From the NCBI GenBank assembly GCA_964016885.1, contig OZ024745.1:78554001-78618000 (forward strand): a stretch of 64,000 nucleotides of DNA, given 5' to 3'. Position 1 is the stretch's first letter. Each line of letters starts with the position of its first letter. The translations under genes and the position numbers were made by a program. Positions 31,572 through 44,149 of the stretch are shown one piece after another. The notes beneath the pieces are model-generated. The model saw only the letters and a list, made by a program, of their open reading frames with translations, made no database searches and had not been told where the DNA came from. The stretch is from Eledone cirrhosa. Its lineage: Eukaryota.

Positions 31572-31660
31572 ATCTCTCGGACAGATTAAAGATTTAATCT
31601 GTTTCGCCCTGAAAATTGTGTTTGTAACAGATAATCCGTAGGCTTTCCTCAGCGAGAGAT
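31572..31660 (-). ncRNA. Type I hammerhead ribozyme with intact core
   Basis: Minus strand: stem I ATCTCTCG/CGAGAGAT, CTGAGGA, aa, stem II GCCT/GGGC, GAA, stem III ACAGATTAAA-tc-TTTAATCTGT, GUC cleavage triplet. Confidence 0.85.
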
Positions 31661-31859
31661 AAGATCAAATGGAACAGACACATGTAACTACAATCCACAT
31701 GAATGAATATCTCACCTCGTGCGTTGGATGTTAGAAGTGGTGTAAGTGGATAGCTAGACCTTGAGTTATATATATATATATATATAATAGTAGAACACTA
31801 GTGGGTTATATCCGCAGTAGTAGAGCACTCAGTCCATGGGACGCGTTTGGTAGTAGTTC

Positions 31860-31927
31860 CACAATAGTTAGTTCACCATACCCAGAACAATTGTTTCACG
31901 TTCTGGGTATGGTGAACTAACTGTTGT
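31860..31927. repeat. Hairpin with ~28-bp arms
   Basis: acaatagttagttcaccatacccagaac ... gttctgggtatggtgaactaactgttgt. Confidence 0.85.
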
Positions 31928-31934
31928 GGAACTA

Positions 31935-31987
<53 letters not shown>

Positions 31988-32076
31988 ATGTGCACGCGTG
32001 TGTATATATGTACCGACCTATATATATATATATATATACATGTGTGTATGTGCACGCGTGTGTATATATGTACCGA

Positions 32077-32130
<54 letters not shown>

Positions 32131-32180
32131 CTCATATATATATGCGTGCACACACACACACACATATATATATGTACCGA

Positions 32181-32216
<36 letters not shown>

Positions 32217-32264
32217 CTCATATATATATGCGTGCACACACACACACATATATATATGTACCGA

Positions 32265-32318
<54 letters not shown>

Positions 32319-32752
32319 TCGGTACATATATATATGTGTGTGTGTGTGCACGCGTGTGTATATATATATACACCCAAACTTCAGACTTACAGAATTAATG
32401 GGGATTTCTGTTGTAGACTTTCTAAATTTATCAGCGACGGAAACAAAGAGAAATGATTACAACCAGAAATCCAAACTAGGTTGTGGTCCTACTTTTGCTC
32501 TTTGTATATTGCAGTTTTGTGGCCAACAATGAGACGTGGGTAGTAAATTGGTCACAACAACCTCTTTTATCAGCTCTCAGTCAGTTCACGCATATGTTCT
32601 AAAGATAATAATGATAATAATAATCCCCAAAGTAAAAGAACAGCCGTAAGGTTATGTTACTGCACAGGCGATTCTCTCCTTTCTGAATGGTTATAGCTGC
32701 GGCGGTATCGTTGATAATAGTGAGACATTTACATCCCTCCTCTCTCTCTCTC

Positions 32753-32866
<114 letters not shown>

Positions 32867-32929
32867 ATAGATAGAAAGAGAAAGAGAAATATATATATAT
32901 ATTTCTTTTTCTTTATCTATCTATCTATA

Positions 32930-32997
<68 letters not shown>

Positions 32998-33497
32998 CGC
33001 GCATACACAGGCACATACACACACCCGTTGCAAACATCTAAATATATTTCATTTACTTATATTTCATCAAGTCATGCCGTCTAAATCTCTCTCGTGTCTG
33101 ATTACGGTGAATGCAAGGAATAGCTTTGTTTGTTTGTTTTTTGTGCTGGTTATTTTGTTTTTGTTTATTTATTGTTCTACTTGTTTTATTTTTTATTTTT
33201 GTTTTGTTTACTGTGTGACTAGTGTGACCGCTCGGAAATAATCTTACCTAAATGTGTGATATTTAACTGATTCCGATGTGTTCACTGATTAAGAGAGTTA
33301 CAGGGGACTCTGGAGGAAAGAAGTAGACTCTCATTTACTCCTCTTTACAATATTATTATCTATTTTCTCCATCTTTCTCCGCTTTCTTCTCCTCTGTCTC
33401 TCCAGTTGTCTCGGCGCCTCCTTTATCCTTCTCTTTCTCTAAACCTCTTTTGTTTTACGTTGCATTTTTTGTTTCGCCATTTTGTCTATCATTCATC

Positions 33498-33584
<87 letters not shown>

Positions 33585-34073
33585 CTCATGTCGTCCATAC
33601 ATACACACATATATTTTCTTTCCATGATTATTTATATATCTAGTTGTGTATGTATATAATATGTATGTATGTATGTATGTCTTCATTAAGACATCTCTCT
33701 AGGAGGTCACATAGATATAAAACTTGCAACTTCGTTTGCCTCCAATAATGTAGACCAGTTCTTCTTTTTAGGCACATGCATTGGATGTTCAGGGAGTGGG
33801 ATTGGCCCCATTCAAAGCCTTTCCTCGGCACAGGCATCGCTTGATTTGTGACATTGTTTGTGATGCATAGCATTGCACTTAACTACCACCCCGAATACTG
33901 TATTCGGAGTGGCAGAGAAGTGGTCAACTCCTCACAACTCTGCGTCTGCGCAGAGTTGTGGGAGGCTCTGAAGGTTAGAAGGGAGCGGACAACCAAAGCA
34001 AATGCATACATTTTTTTAGTCCGCTCCCTTCCACCCATAATTGCATAGGAAACGTTACCTTTTACTCAATTTT

Positions 34074-34124
34074 GCTGTCTGATGAAACCACAATAGCGAT
34101 CGTCATTGAAACATGTATAACGGC
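34074..34124 (+). ncRNA. Degenerate minimal hammerhead motif
   Basis: GCTGT-CTGATGA...GAAA-CATG-TA-ta-ACGGC; stem II poorly paired. Confidence 0.45.
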
Positions 34125-34334
34125 TCAATTAATAAAGGACTCTTTAACATATACAACTTCGCATATTCCTCATTCTAAATATACTCCGTCATCTTTATTT
34201 TGAAGAAGTAATATGACGTCGAGTGCTTGCATTGAATTGCATCCTTATCTACCAAATATATATATATATATATTGTTATTCTTTGGGAAGATCATACTGC
34301 CAATAAAAACACACCCACCACACACACATATATT

Positions 34335-34477
34335 TATATAACGAAGGAAATGTGGTAAGGAACCAGGTGGACCATAACGCACCAAAGTACTCAATACTTA
34401 GGGTAGTAGAGTGGGTAATAGGAACAAGTAAGACCCCGACGGCTGAGCTCAAGCCGTTTCGGGGTCTTACTTGTTCC

Positions 34478-34539
<62 letters not shown>

Positions 34540-34987
34540 TAAAATCCCAATTTGTCTTCTCGGTCTCTGCACCACAGACTCTCTCTATATATATACATAT
34601 GTGTGTGTGTATGTGTGTGTATTCCGGGCTCAATCGGGGGTAACCACAATAAGTAGCAGCGTATAAACTTATGTATAGAAATGGCTTCTACAGGACTAGA
34701 ACTGTTTCAGTCGAAGGAAACCATCAGGAAAGCACCGCTTTTCAGATGATTTCCTTCGACTGAAACAGTTCTAGTCCTGTAGAAGCCATTTCTATATATA
34801 TATATATATATATATTTAGGAAAAGGTATGACCCCGACGGCAGAGCTCCTATTTCTGGACCGAAATAGTGCAAAAATAGCCGTCGGAGTCATACCTTTTC
34901 CTATTACCCACTCCACTACCCTAAGTATTGAGTACTCTGGTGCGTTATGGTCGATCTGGTTCCTTACCTCAATTCCTTCGTTATATA
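34335..34987. repeat. Nested fold-back complex (outer ~110-bp arms plus three internal hairpins)
   Basis: 34335-34445 pairs with 34879-34987; hairpins at 34418-34478, 34674-34795 and 34817-34903. Confidence 0.85.
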
Positions 34988-36962
34988 TATATTTATATAT
35001 ATATATGTGTGTGTAGATGTCGATTATCTCGTTTGTACTTTCACAGACGAATATAAAACAAAATGAAGCTCTCTAAATTAATTTATCTTTTCAATCGTTT
35101 CCATCTCTTTATAAAGCTTCTGTCTATCATTATCTCTGCCGTTAGTTCACAACCTTATCTTTATAGCCATTTAGTCAGTCGTAAACACAGTCAACCCTTC
35201 TATTCTGAGATCATATTAATTCTTTGTTATAAAATAAGAACGTAAAAGCTTCGTTGCCAATATACAAACTAAGATCATGTTCAAAAGATATCACACAACC
35301 CATGACTAAATCGGTAATATAGAAATTCTGTCAAAGTTTACTTATCCTGAAGTTAGGTTAACCTCACTTAAAAAGTCACTCGTGTCATATCTTAAAGATC
35401 TGGATTTCATTCCAAAATAAATATCTGTTTGAGGATCTACACCAAAGTTTAGAGAGAAAATAATTATTAGAAAACCATTTTACAATAAGGAACCCATAGA
35501 TACCGTGCTACTATGGTGATTCCGCAACTTGCTTTTGATACCCAATTTTTATTGCTTCAGTTCGCTTACATCGATTTTGTAATTGTATAAACAAAACCAT
35601 CCCAATGCAAGATTTTATATCTTTATAAGAAATCAATGCATCATTGCAGAATACGTATTGTAGAAATGTGTTTTGATTCCATATCACTAACAAGTCAACC
35701 TGTTCATTCAACTAATCAGCAATCAGTCTTGTTGCCAATCTGATCAAGGGAAATCAATGCTTGGATAAAATATTTGACAAAGACTAAAGACTCACTACAT
35801 TTAAACGCTAGCCAATAAAGGAGTTCAACGTAGCCACTCGACCTCCTAGAAATAGCAACTAAATCTTTTTCAAACCCCCCTTTCAAATGGGAAAGGCACA
35901 CTAATTGATGTTGTCTTAGATATCCCAAAACTGGAAAATTTTAATCATAGATCTATTCAATCAGAACTTGGCTGAATATAAGCAATTCAATACAAAATAA
36001 GGTTATATTTCTTTTACTTGCTGAAATGATCCAAAAACTTAGCTCACCAATTCTACTGACTAAATGCGTATAATATTTAGCATGGTCCATTCTATATCTA
36101 CTCTCAAATACTATTTTGTTATGGTATTGGTTGTCATGCAATAATTATTACTACTGATCCGTACAAGAGAACATATTTATATGTTTCAGTTATCAGAAAT
36201 AAATATAAACGCATTGTCTATGTACATATCTTTGTTGACCTAAAAATGTGTGATCAATCGAAATAGTTTTAAACTTGTGTTTGGATTAGGTCGGTGACCC
36301 TCTTTAATGCACACAGAAATACTACACATAAGCCCATTAATAATAGGGGCTTAGGTAAATCAGACAAATCAATTTTTGTACTTGTAACAAGTTAAGGTAT
36401 GGCTTACATCCTGCAAGAACATGCAGAACCTCGGCACCGATGACAGCCTGTATTGATACTCCAATATTGTCTAGGAATGAAAACACATTGCACGCCGTTC
36501 CCAACAAGAATCCTGTGAGCGGTGTACGGTGTGCTTCCATTTTCCATGGGAAAGCTTCTTTTGTTCAGCTGTCTGCCATGCTTCTTCCCCAAAGTATCAG
36601 CTTTATTCATACACCCTTTCTCAAATTTATTCCGTTACAATATCTTGCCTGCTTTTGTTATTTTAGCAGGATAGACATTCATTCTGTGTCCATTACAGTC
36701 CTGCCAGTGGAGTAGGTTCCATACTTCGACTAGCATCATAGTGGTTTCGTCGCTACCTGTTTCTAATCTCAAAATCTTTCAGAAACAGTAAACCATGATT
36801 TTTATTTGCTATACACACGCACACGCACGCATGCACACAAACACACACACACACAAACACACATGCATATATATATATGAATCAGGGTGTATCAATGTAT
36901 GTGTATTTTTTACAAGTCTAATTCATTTATTTAAATATTTCTCCAAATTATTTCCTTTGTAG

Positions 36963-37081
36963 AGTCGTTTACAAACTAGCCATGCGGAAGGTTTATCGGA
37001 CAGAAGTACAAACTAAACTGGTCAACAGCTGTTGTCCTGGCTGGGCTCAATTTGAAAAGAATTCCCGAGATTGTCTCAAAC
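36963..37081 (+). CDS. EGFL7: EGFL7/8-like exon: EMI domain C-half (VVYKLAMRKVYRTEVQTKLVNSCCPGWAQFEKNSRDCLK)
   Basis: tttcctttgtag acceptor and c|gtaagt donor; EMI signature CCPGW; 119 nt, phase 2->1. Confidence 0.92.
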
Positions 37082-37175
37082 GTAAGTATAATATTTCATT
37101 TATGTACATTTTCCTCCTTTTTATCATGAGTTCATATATGTATATATATATATATATGTGTGTGTATGTGTGTAC

Positions 37176-37517
37176 TGTTGTAAAAACTTGGTATAAAATA
37201 TCTAAGGGGTTAGAGCACTCAGTCTGTGGAACTACTTCGTTCTCTCTGCACGCAAGTTAGCCCCTGTCCCATTTTCCTTTTAGAGTTCTCTCCTTTACCT
37301 CTTACAGAGTTTACTATATCCCTACAACAACCTTAGTTCTCTACCCCTAGCTTTAGAACTCTCCTATATATCAATAATCTCACCAGAAGTAACTCTATTA
37401 CAAAATGGCTGACTGAATGAGTATTTGTCTAATCGCTGTAAAACTGATTGTAGATAATTTGTCCCATATACTGAGTGATTTAATCCCTTGGGTATTTTAT
37501 GCCAAGTTTTTACCACA
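37176..37517. mobile_element. Decayed element with ~50-bp terminal inverted repeats
   Basis: gtaaaaacttggtataaaatatctaagggg...cactcagt vs actgagtg...cccttgggtattttatgccaagtttttac. Confidence 0.65.
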
Positions 37518-37619
37518 ATAACTTATCGTAAGCTGCAGATTCCTACACACGTGTCTGATTCGAAGCCCCTTAAACTGTTGAACACTCTCTATATCCAAAT
37601 ACCTTACACATGGACCTCC

Positions 37620-37930
37620 GAGAGATTGATTATCCCAGAAAAGTATTCCAACGCCGGACGTTTTCGAAAATCCTCCTTCAAAAAATTGAAGATGTGATCA
37701 AACGGTTGAGATGGCGGACACTACCCTTCGACGAGAAACTAACAAGTTCCACCGATATATTTTCAACCTAAACATTAAGGAACTACCCACCTAAAGTAAA
37801 TGACCTTGCTCCCTTCGATGTCTATCTTGATCTAGTCGCTGACATTTTCTTCTGCACATACTCTGACCGTTTTCAAAATAAATGAAATAGAGGCATAAAA
37901 AAACTTCAGATCCTCTGATAATACCTTCGT
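37620..37930 (+). mobile_element. Penelope-like ORF N-terminal relic
   Basis: KSIPTP and KIEDVIKRLRWR, resembling the N-terminal region of Penelope proteins. Confidence 0.5.
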
Positions 37931-38589
37931 CTTATCAAGAAGAAGCTTTAACGTTATGTCGAAATCTGTGTATTGCATACAAGTTTCAACGAACGTCAAT
38001 CAAGTACATGTTGATTTCTGCTATAAATAGAGACCGAGCTTGTCTTTCTTTATCATCAATGTGCGTTGTCTCCTGGATATTATTTTCCGTGTAACTTTAT
38101 ATAGATACAAACATGTCCATAGTGAAACAACCTTAAATACACATTTATATACAAATATCCTTTATGGGCACAGTTGAAATTTCTATTAACGCATTCTTGC
38201 ATTAAACAAAATTAGAATGAGAATTTTCACTTATAAAAACAATTTACAGTCGCATGTTATCGGAATTTCCTTATATAAACATGTGCCAGGAATGTTGCGT
38301 GTTTTTTCCTCGTTTTGTTTTTTATAATGGAGGGGTTGAGGGAACTCGCGGCGAATCATATTGTGATGAATGAGAAAAGAAACTATATTGTCATTTCACA
38401 ACGTAACTGCTGGAAATTTGTATATAAATTTGAATAAATCGAATAATTATAGTTTTTGATTTTCTTTAAAGTATACATAAGTCATGCATTAGTAAGCAAC
38501 TCCATGGTATGGGGACTATCTATAGGCAAATATTCTTTCTTATTCTTTTAACTGATGTTATATTATGTTATATTATATTATATTATTTA

Positions 38590-40750
38590 TATTCATACAC
38601 GGAATAAGAGCGCTACCTAAGGTTTCAAGGTCCAGTATTGACCATATCTCCAGGATGTAAGATGGATCAAAATTGTGACCTAATAATTAGGCACGTATGC
38701 GAGTTTATAAGATACCGTTGAAAGTAAAGCGTGCTAAAACGCTAGTTTACGAAAAACTTGTTATAACAAAGGGAAATAAGTCCAAGATGTAAATCGTACG
38801 CGTGTTAGTATTCGTGGGCTATAGCGGATGTTTGGTATCATGTAGTGATATGTAATATAGAGATGGTAATATATATTAACGTATGTGTTAGAGTAGTAAA
38901 GAACGTGTACTTTATTATATAAGTGTGCAAAAAGAGAGAGGAAGAAAAGAAAGAAAGGATATTAAGAAAGTATATAAATCAACTTATGGTGGTTAAAAAT
39001 CAGTTGAATTTGTTGAGTTTTTCCACTTAGAGAGCAGTTGACTTTTGAGAAAGAGGCATCCTCTAAAAATTCCTTCTTTGAGTTCAAATAATTATTGTCC
39101 AGAAACGACAAACCTTGTAACATTCTATATTTCTCTCTAAGAAGAGACAACATCTCTTGGTACCATTAGTATAAGGTCTGGAACTATCACGTATTTTCCA
39201 AGTAATCTTATGTGGGACTCCTTTCTCCTTTAATTGCTAGACGCTTTTGCCAGGGCTGTACTGGTTCTCATATATATCAGGATTCATGAAGAAGTGGAGA
39301 TGCGAGGAAAAACGTTGCTTAAAACGATCTTGCACCATACCGATGTGTCTTTCGCTAACGTCAGAATGTTGTGTGTTGTGTGTAATCTCGGCCTCATACC
39401 CAACGGATTTGATATTACATTTCTCTTTAATCCTACAAGAGCAGCTTGGATTTATAACGGGTATATTCCTTACAATAATTTTTGATCTCATCGACGGGAC
39501 ACATGAATAGAATATCTTGACGGAATTGCGATTGAATATTTGACTGTATATATGTTATGGTGGGAAAGGCCTTTTCTATTAAATCTAAAAACTTCTTACC
39601 TACATTAGTCTTTACTTTAAGGGTGCGAAACAGATAATTTTTCTTTTTCTGTTAGCATTTTTAGTATGGTTGGAAATGATTGGGTATCTGTTTAATTTTG
39701 TCCTTAAAACCACTATCTAGGAGGGCTTGGTTGTAGTAAGGCGCAGCTATATCTAAAACCTACCAGGTTGCTGATGGATCTGAGATCCTACAACTAATAT
39801 TAGAAACAAAGTTTCTTTTAAACTGCAGGGGGCGTGGTATGAGGCTTTATTAATATATTTCGATTTTTCGTTATGCTTATGGTATGGTTTATAAGAAGCT
39901 GTGGTTAAGTCTAAGATTGCATCAAGGAAATGTGCATTAGTAAGGTTTGTATCAATCATAATTTTAAGTCCTGCTGCACGAAAGGTGTCAAATTTTTGCG
40001 TAAAATGTCCAGTCTGTCCGTTACAATCATGTGAAAACGAACGAAGGGCCATCATCACGGTATAGACCAAAGGAGTGGTTGGGGAATTTAGACTTTAGCG
40101 TATGAAGAATGTATAATCCTATAAGATTATAAACATCAGCAATGTCGTAGACCCCCAAGGAGAGGTCAAAAGAATCACCAGGGTCCTAATTTTTACCCAA
40201 GTAGTACCGTTACTGAATAGGAGGGTTCTACAAGCGTGGAATATAAGGTTATATATATTCCATGTCACTGATGTATACAAAAGAAGGACCAACGTCTAAA
40301 GTGAAAAGGATGGTCCTAGAAATAGAGAGATAAAAATCACCTTAATTTGATTTATATACTTTCTTAATATCTTGTCTTTCTTTTTCTTTCTCTTTCTTTT
40401 TGCACACTTACATAATACAGTATACCTTCTATACTACTCTAACACATACCTTAATAAATGTTACCATATCTATATTACATATCACCACATAATACCCTAC
40501 ACTTTTATAGCCCACGAATACTAACACGTGTATGATTTCTAATTTACATCTTGAAGTTATAATACGTTTTTTGTAAACTAGCGTTTTAGCACGCTTTACT
40601 TTCAACGGTATCTTATAAACTAGTATACGTGCCTGAAGATTAGGTCCCAATTTTTGTTCCGTGTATGAACATAAATAAATAATATAATATATCAGCTCTC
40701 TTCTCGACTGAGTACTATGTTCCTTTTTTTTCTTTTTCCCACCTATGGAT
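38590..40750 (-). mobile_element. Decayed Penelope-like retroelement with ~330-bp inverted pseudo-LTRs
   Basis: Minus-strand GLYRDDG, FLD..LDL...YKPY.K and a GIY-YIG-like region. 38670-38985 is the reverse complement of 40345-40655. Confidence 0.85.
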
Positions 40751-40782
40751 ATTGCTATATATATATATCTATGTATTTATGT

Positions 40783-40842
<60 letters not shown>

Positions 40843-40869
40843 GTATGTATATATATATATATATATATG

Positions 40870-41474
40870 TCAGGTCACCAGTTGGTGCTACTGGTAACAT
40901 GTATCCCAGTACAACCTGTCTCATGGTCGGGTCGTTGGCGACTAAACTGGCAACCCCACCAAGGTTTCTTGGTGAGGAGGGTGACTTTGGACATCCTGCA
41001 GGACTAAAAACAAAACCTGTCAAAGGGCAAGGGAGCTCTTAAGAGTCAATAGCCATCCAAAATCACTGGGAGAGATGACCCCTTAGCCTTTGTCAAGGCA
41101 GAATTCTAGGAGAAGGAAAACTCTGATATAACACCTGCAACCCTGATGGTATCCAATGATGTTGACTTGTTCTTCTTTTTGGTAAATATCATCTTGGTTA
41201 AGAGAGTGGGACTGGCTTTGTGCAGTGCCTTTGCTCACTATAAAAGCTTCACAGCACAGGCATTGCTTTATATCTGGAGATCTCTCTGCACTTGTCATCA
41301 CATGGTACCATGGGCCCTGCACTATGTGTCAATAATGGTCACAAGTGTAGTCTTTGTACCAGAGTTTTCAAGTCGCTGGCTGGACTAAAAAGTCACATTC
41401 GTTCAGCGCATCGGTAGGGGTTCTCCTACATGGATATAAAGTAGTGGCCGTACTCGAAAACGAGTTGGCAGCCA

Positions 41475-41476
<2 letters not shown>
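40870..41476 (+). mobile_element. Internally deleted RTE-like element (probable 5' UTR plus zinc-finger 3' end)
   Basis: 41053-41151 matches 62212-62311; the 3' part HKCSLCTRVFKSLAGLKSHIRSAHR matches 56545-56692. Confidence 0.7.
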
Positions 41477-41520
<44 letters not shown>

Positions 41521-41585
41521 CATGATATGTTGATTTAAAACTGCACTATCCACAAGTGTTTTTTAGCCTTCATATCATGTTCTCC

Positions 41586-41656
41586 TGTTTTATCTGATGA
41601 AAACACAAATATTATTGCATGATGATGTTTGTTTTTGAAATGCGCATAATAAAATA
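41586..41656 (+). ncRNA. Type I hammerhead motif on the sense strand of an EGFL7-like intron
   Basis: TGTTTTAT-CTGATGA-long AT-rich stem II-GAAA-TGCGCA-TA-ATAAAATA; palindromic stem III, AUA site. Confidence 0.68.
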
Positions 41657-41737
41657 CATGGAACTCCTTTAACCATCTTTTGATCTTATATTATATATAT
41701 ATATACATATATTTATATATATATATATATATACATA

Positions 41738-41774
<37 letters not shown>

Positions 41775-42102
41775 AGTGTAATTTTCTACACAAAACGAAG
41801 GTTATAGAGAAAATTGAGGTTGGTAATGGCACATAGAATATATAAGAGACAGAATACTTTTTTGTGAAAAAACATATAATTTTATAAGGTAAGGAAATAA
41901 TAAAGTGTATAAAAAATGACCGGTTTCGATGGGTCTGCAAAAGCCATCTTTTCAAATGTTGATTAATATTAAGAAAAATTAATAATTCGAAGAGTTAAAA
42001 TTTGAGATTTGAAAATTCAAGTATAAAATTCATTGTGGGATTTCATAGTAGTTTTCATCTAGGTAGCAACAACAAATTGACTGCTGTGTCTCTTTCTGGT
42101 AG

Positions 42103-42159
<57 letters not shown>

Positions 42160-42229
42160 ATATACACATATATTTATATATATATATGTATATATATATA
42201 TACATATATTTATATATGTGTGTGAGGAG

Positions 42230-42275
<46 letters not shown>

Positions 42276-43524
42276 AGGAGGATACAGGGCGAGGGGATAC
42301 AGTAACAGAAGAATATTTATTGTGTTCTAATGTTCTAAATACTACTGTATTCAGGAAAGGGAGAATTATGCTTCTAGAGTAAACAATTCTTCTAAGAATT
42401 GGAAGGTTCAATATCTCCCAGTGACCAGTGGTTTCATGCGTGTAGATTCACTGTATTTTGCTAGCAATTGAACTGCCCATTCCATCCCATTTTCCAATCT
42501 TCTACATCTCCCATACTAATCATACCATCCTGCAATAGCTTTTCCTCACTTTCTGTCTACATCCCATTCCGAACATCACGTCTCCATTTTTTTATTTTCT
42601 CATTCCCAATTTTGCGATCTAGCGATAAGACAATTCCTCTTTCCTGTGCCCCCCCCCCCACCTCTCTCTCCCTCTCTCTCTCTCTCGCTCTCTCTCTCTC
42701 TCACTCTTTCTCTCCTTATCCCTCTCTTTATCCCTCTCTCTTTCTCTCACTCTCTCTTCCTCCTCATCCTCCTCTTCTCTCTGAAAAAAGGACAAACTTC
42801 CGAAGAGTTAGTTGATTTCTCTTATACCATATTATGTTTGACTTCCTCTCTGCATTCTTTTTACTGGTGCAAAACATCACCAATGTCCTAATTTTTAACT
42901 TCGAATTTCATTATATATTATACACATAAATGTGTATACTTGTGTACTTACGTGTATATGGAGAGAGAAAGAGATTATATAAGTTTTTTCTCATTTTAAT
43001 TTAAATTTTTTTATATACTTTTATGCTATATCCCACTCGCTCATTGCTTGCCATAAATATCCTTTTGTTGCGTACATAATTTAACGAGTTTATGCGCAGA
43101 ATTTAGCGAGTTTTTTTATGTATTCATTTATAAACTAAAGTGAGAGGATATTTTTCAATAATAAATCGTCTATTAGCTTACTGAATACCTTACATTGTTG
43201 TTGTTAGTTTTCCTTCCTCTTCCTGCACCAAGTTACTGATAATTTGAATAGTAAAATATTAATAGACATTGAATTTTCTAATGTGTCAATATATAGTTTA
43301 GTACTTCACAGAAACGCCAGAGTCATTGACAAGCTTGTGTATCTATAAATACTTCACCCTAAATACCTCTTTGTCTACACGTCTAGACAGGAGATAAATG
43401 ATAAAGTGTTTTAAGTATTAAAATAGCCTTCTTTTTACTTTCTTAAATAAATTAAATCTTAATGATCAGGAGGAGAAGGGTGATAATGATTATGAGGATG
43501 ATAATAATAATAATAATAATAATT

Positions 43525-43850
43525 CTTTCTAGCATTGGCACAAGGCCAGCAATTTAAGGAAATAGGAAAGTTGATCATATCGACCACAGTACTAAGCTGG
43601 TACATTATTTTTTCGACCTCAGAAGGATAAAATACGAAGCTGGCCACAGCGGGATTTGAACTTAGAACGTAGAAAGTCGCAACTAAATACTGTAAAATAT
43701 TTTGTCCCATGCACTACCGATTCTGTGACTGATTTCTAACTTAGGTACAAGGCCAGCAATTTGTGGGGATGGAAAACTCATTTAAATCAATCCCATTTCT
43801 TGACTTGTAAGTTTTTTTATCGACCTTGGAATAATGAAAAGCAAAGTTAA
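43525..43850 (-). mobile_element. Two adjacent dominant-SINE copies
   Basis: acaaggccagcaattt at ~43540 and ~43748. Confidence 0.78.
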
Positions 43851-44149
43851 TATGCATATATTCGTGCTAGAACTTGGCATTGCCAGAGGCAAAAAAATCT
43901 GGTAAATGGTGAGAACCAAAATATAGTACTAGACTTTATTTTTCAGGACTTTCAAATAAATTAGAAAAGGGAATTTACATATAATGAAAGAAATATGAAG
44001 ACCTTAAAACAATGCCATACTCATGTCAAACAATCCAGAAATGACTCTGCTACGGTCATCCCAAATTCTTCATAAAATATTATTATATATATACATACTC
44101 TTACATAATCAACACCTGATGCACTAACACCAACAAGCCACACAACTCA

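Noticed and set aside
36337-36715. Overlapping short ORFs, one with LHVLAGCK resembling a LINE zinc knuckle
   Set aside because: Too degraded to assign, with no splice or domain support.
40870-41045. Possible HDV-like ribozyme in the RTE 5' region
   Set aside because: I could not build the nested double pseudoknot by eye; it needs an RNArobo/Infernal search.
41910-41960. Minus-strand GATGG...CCATC-GAAACCGGTC Penelope-type hammerhead
   Set aside because: The core is mutated to TTGAAAA; presumably inactive.
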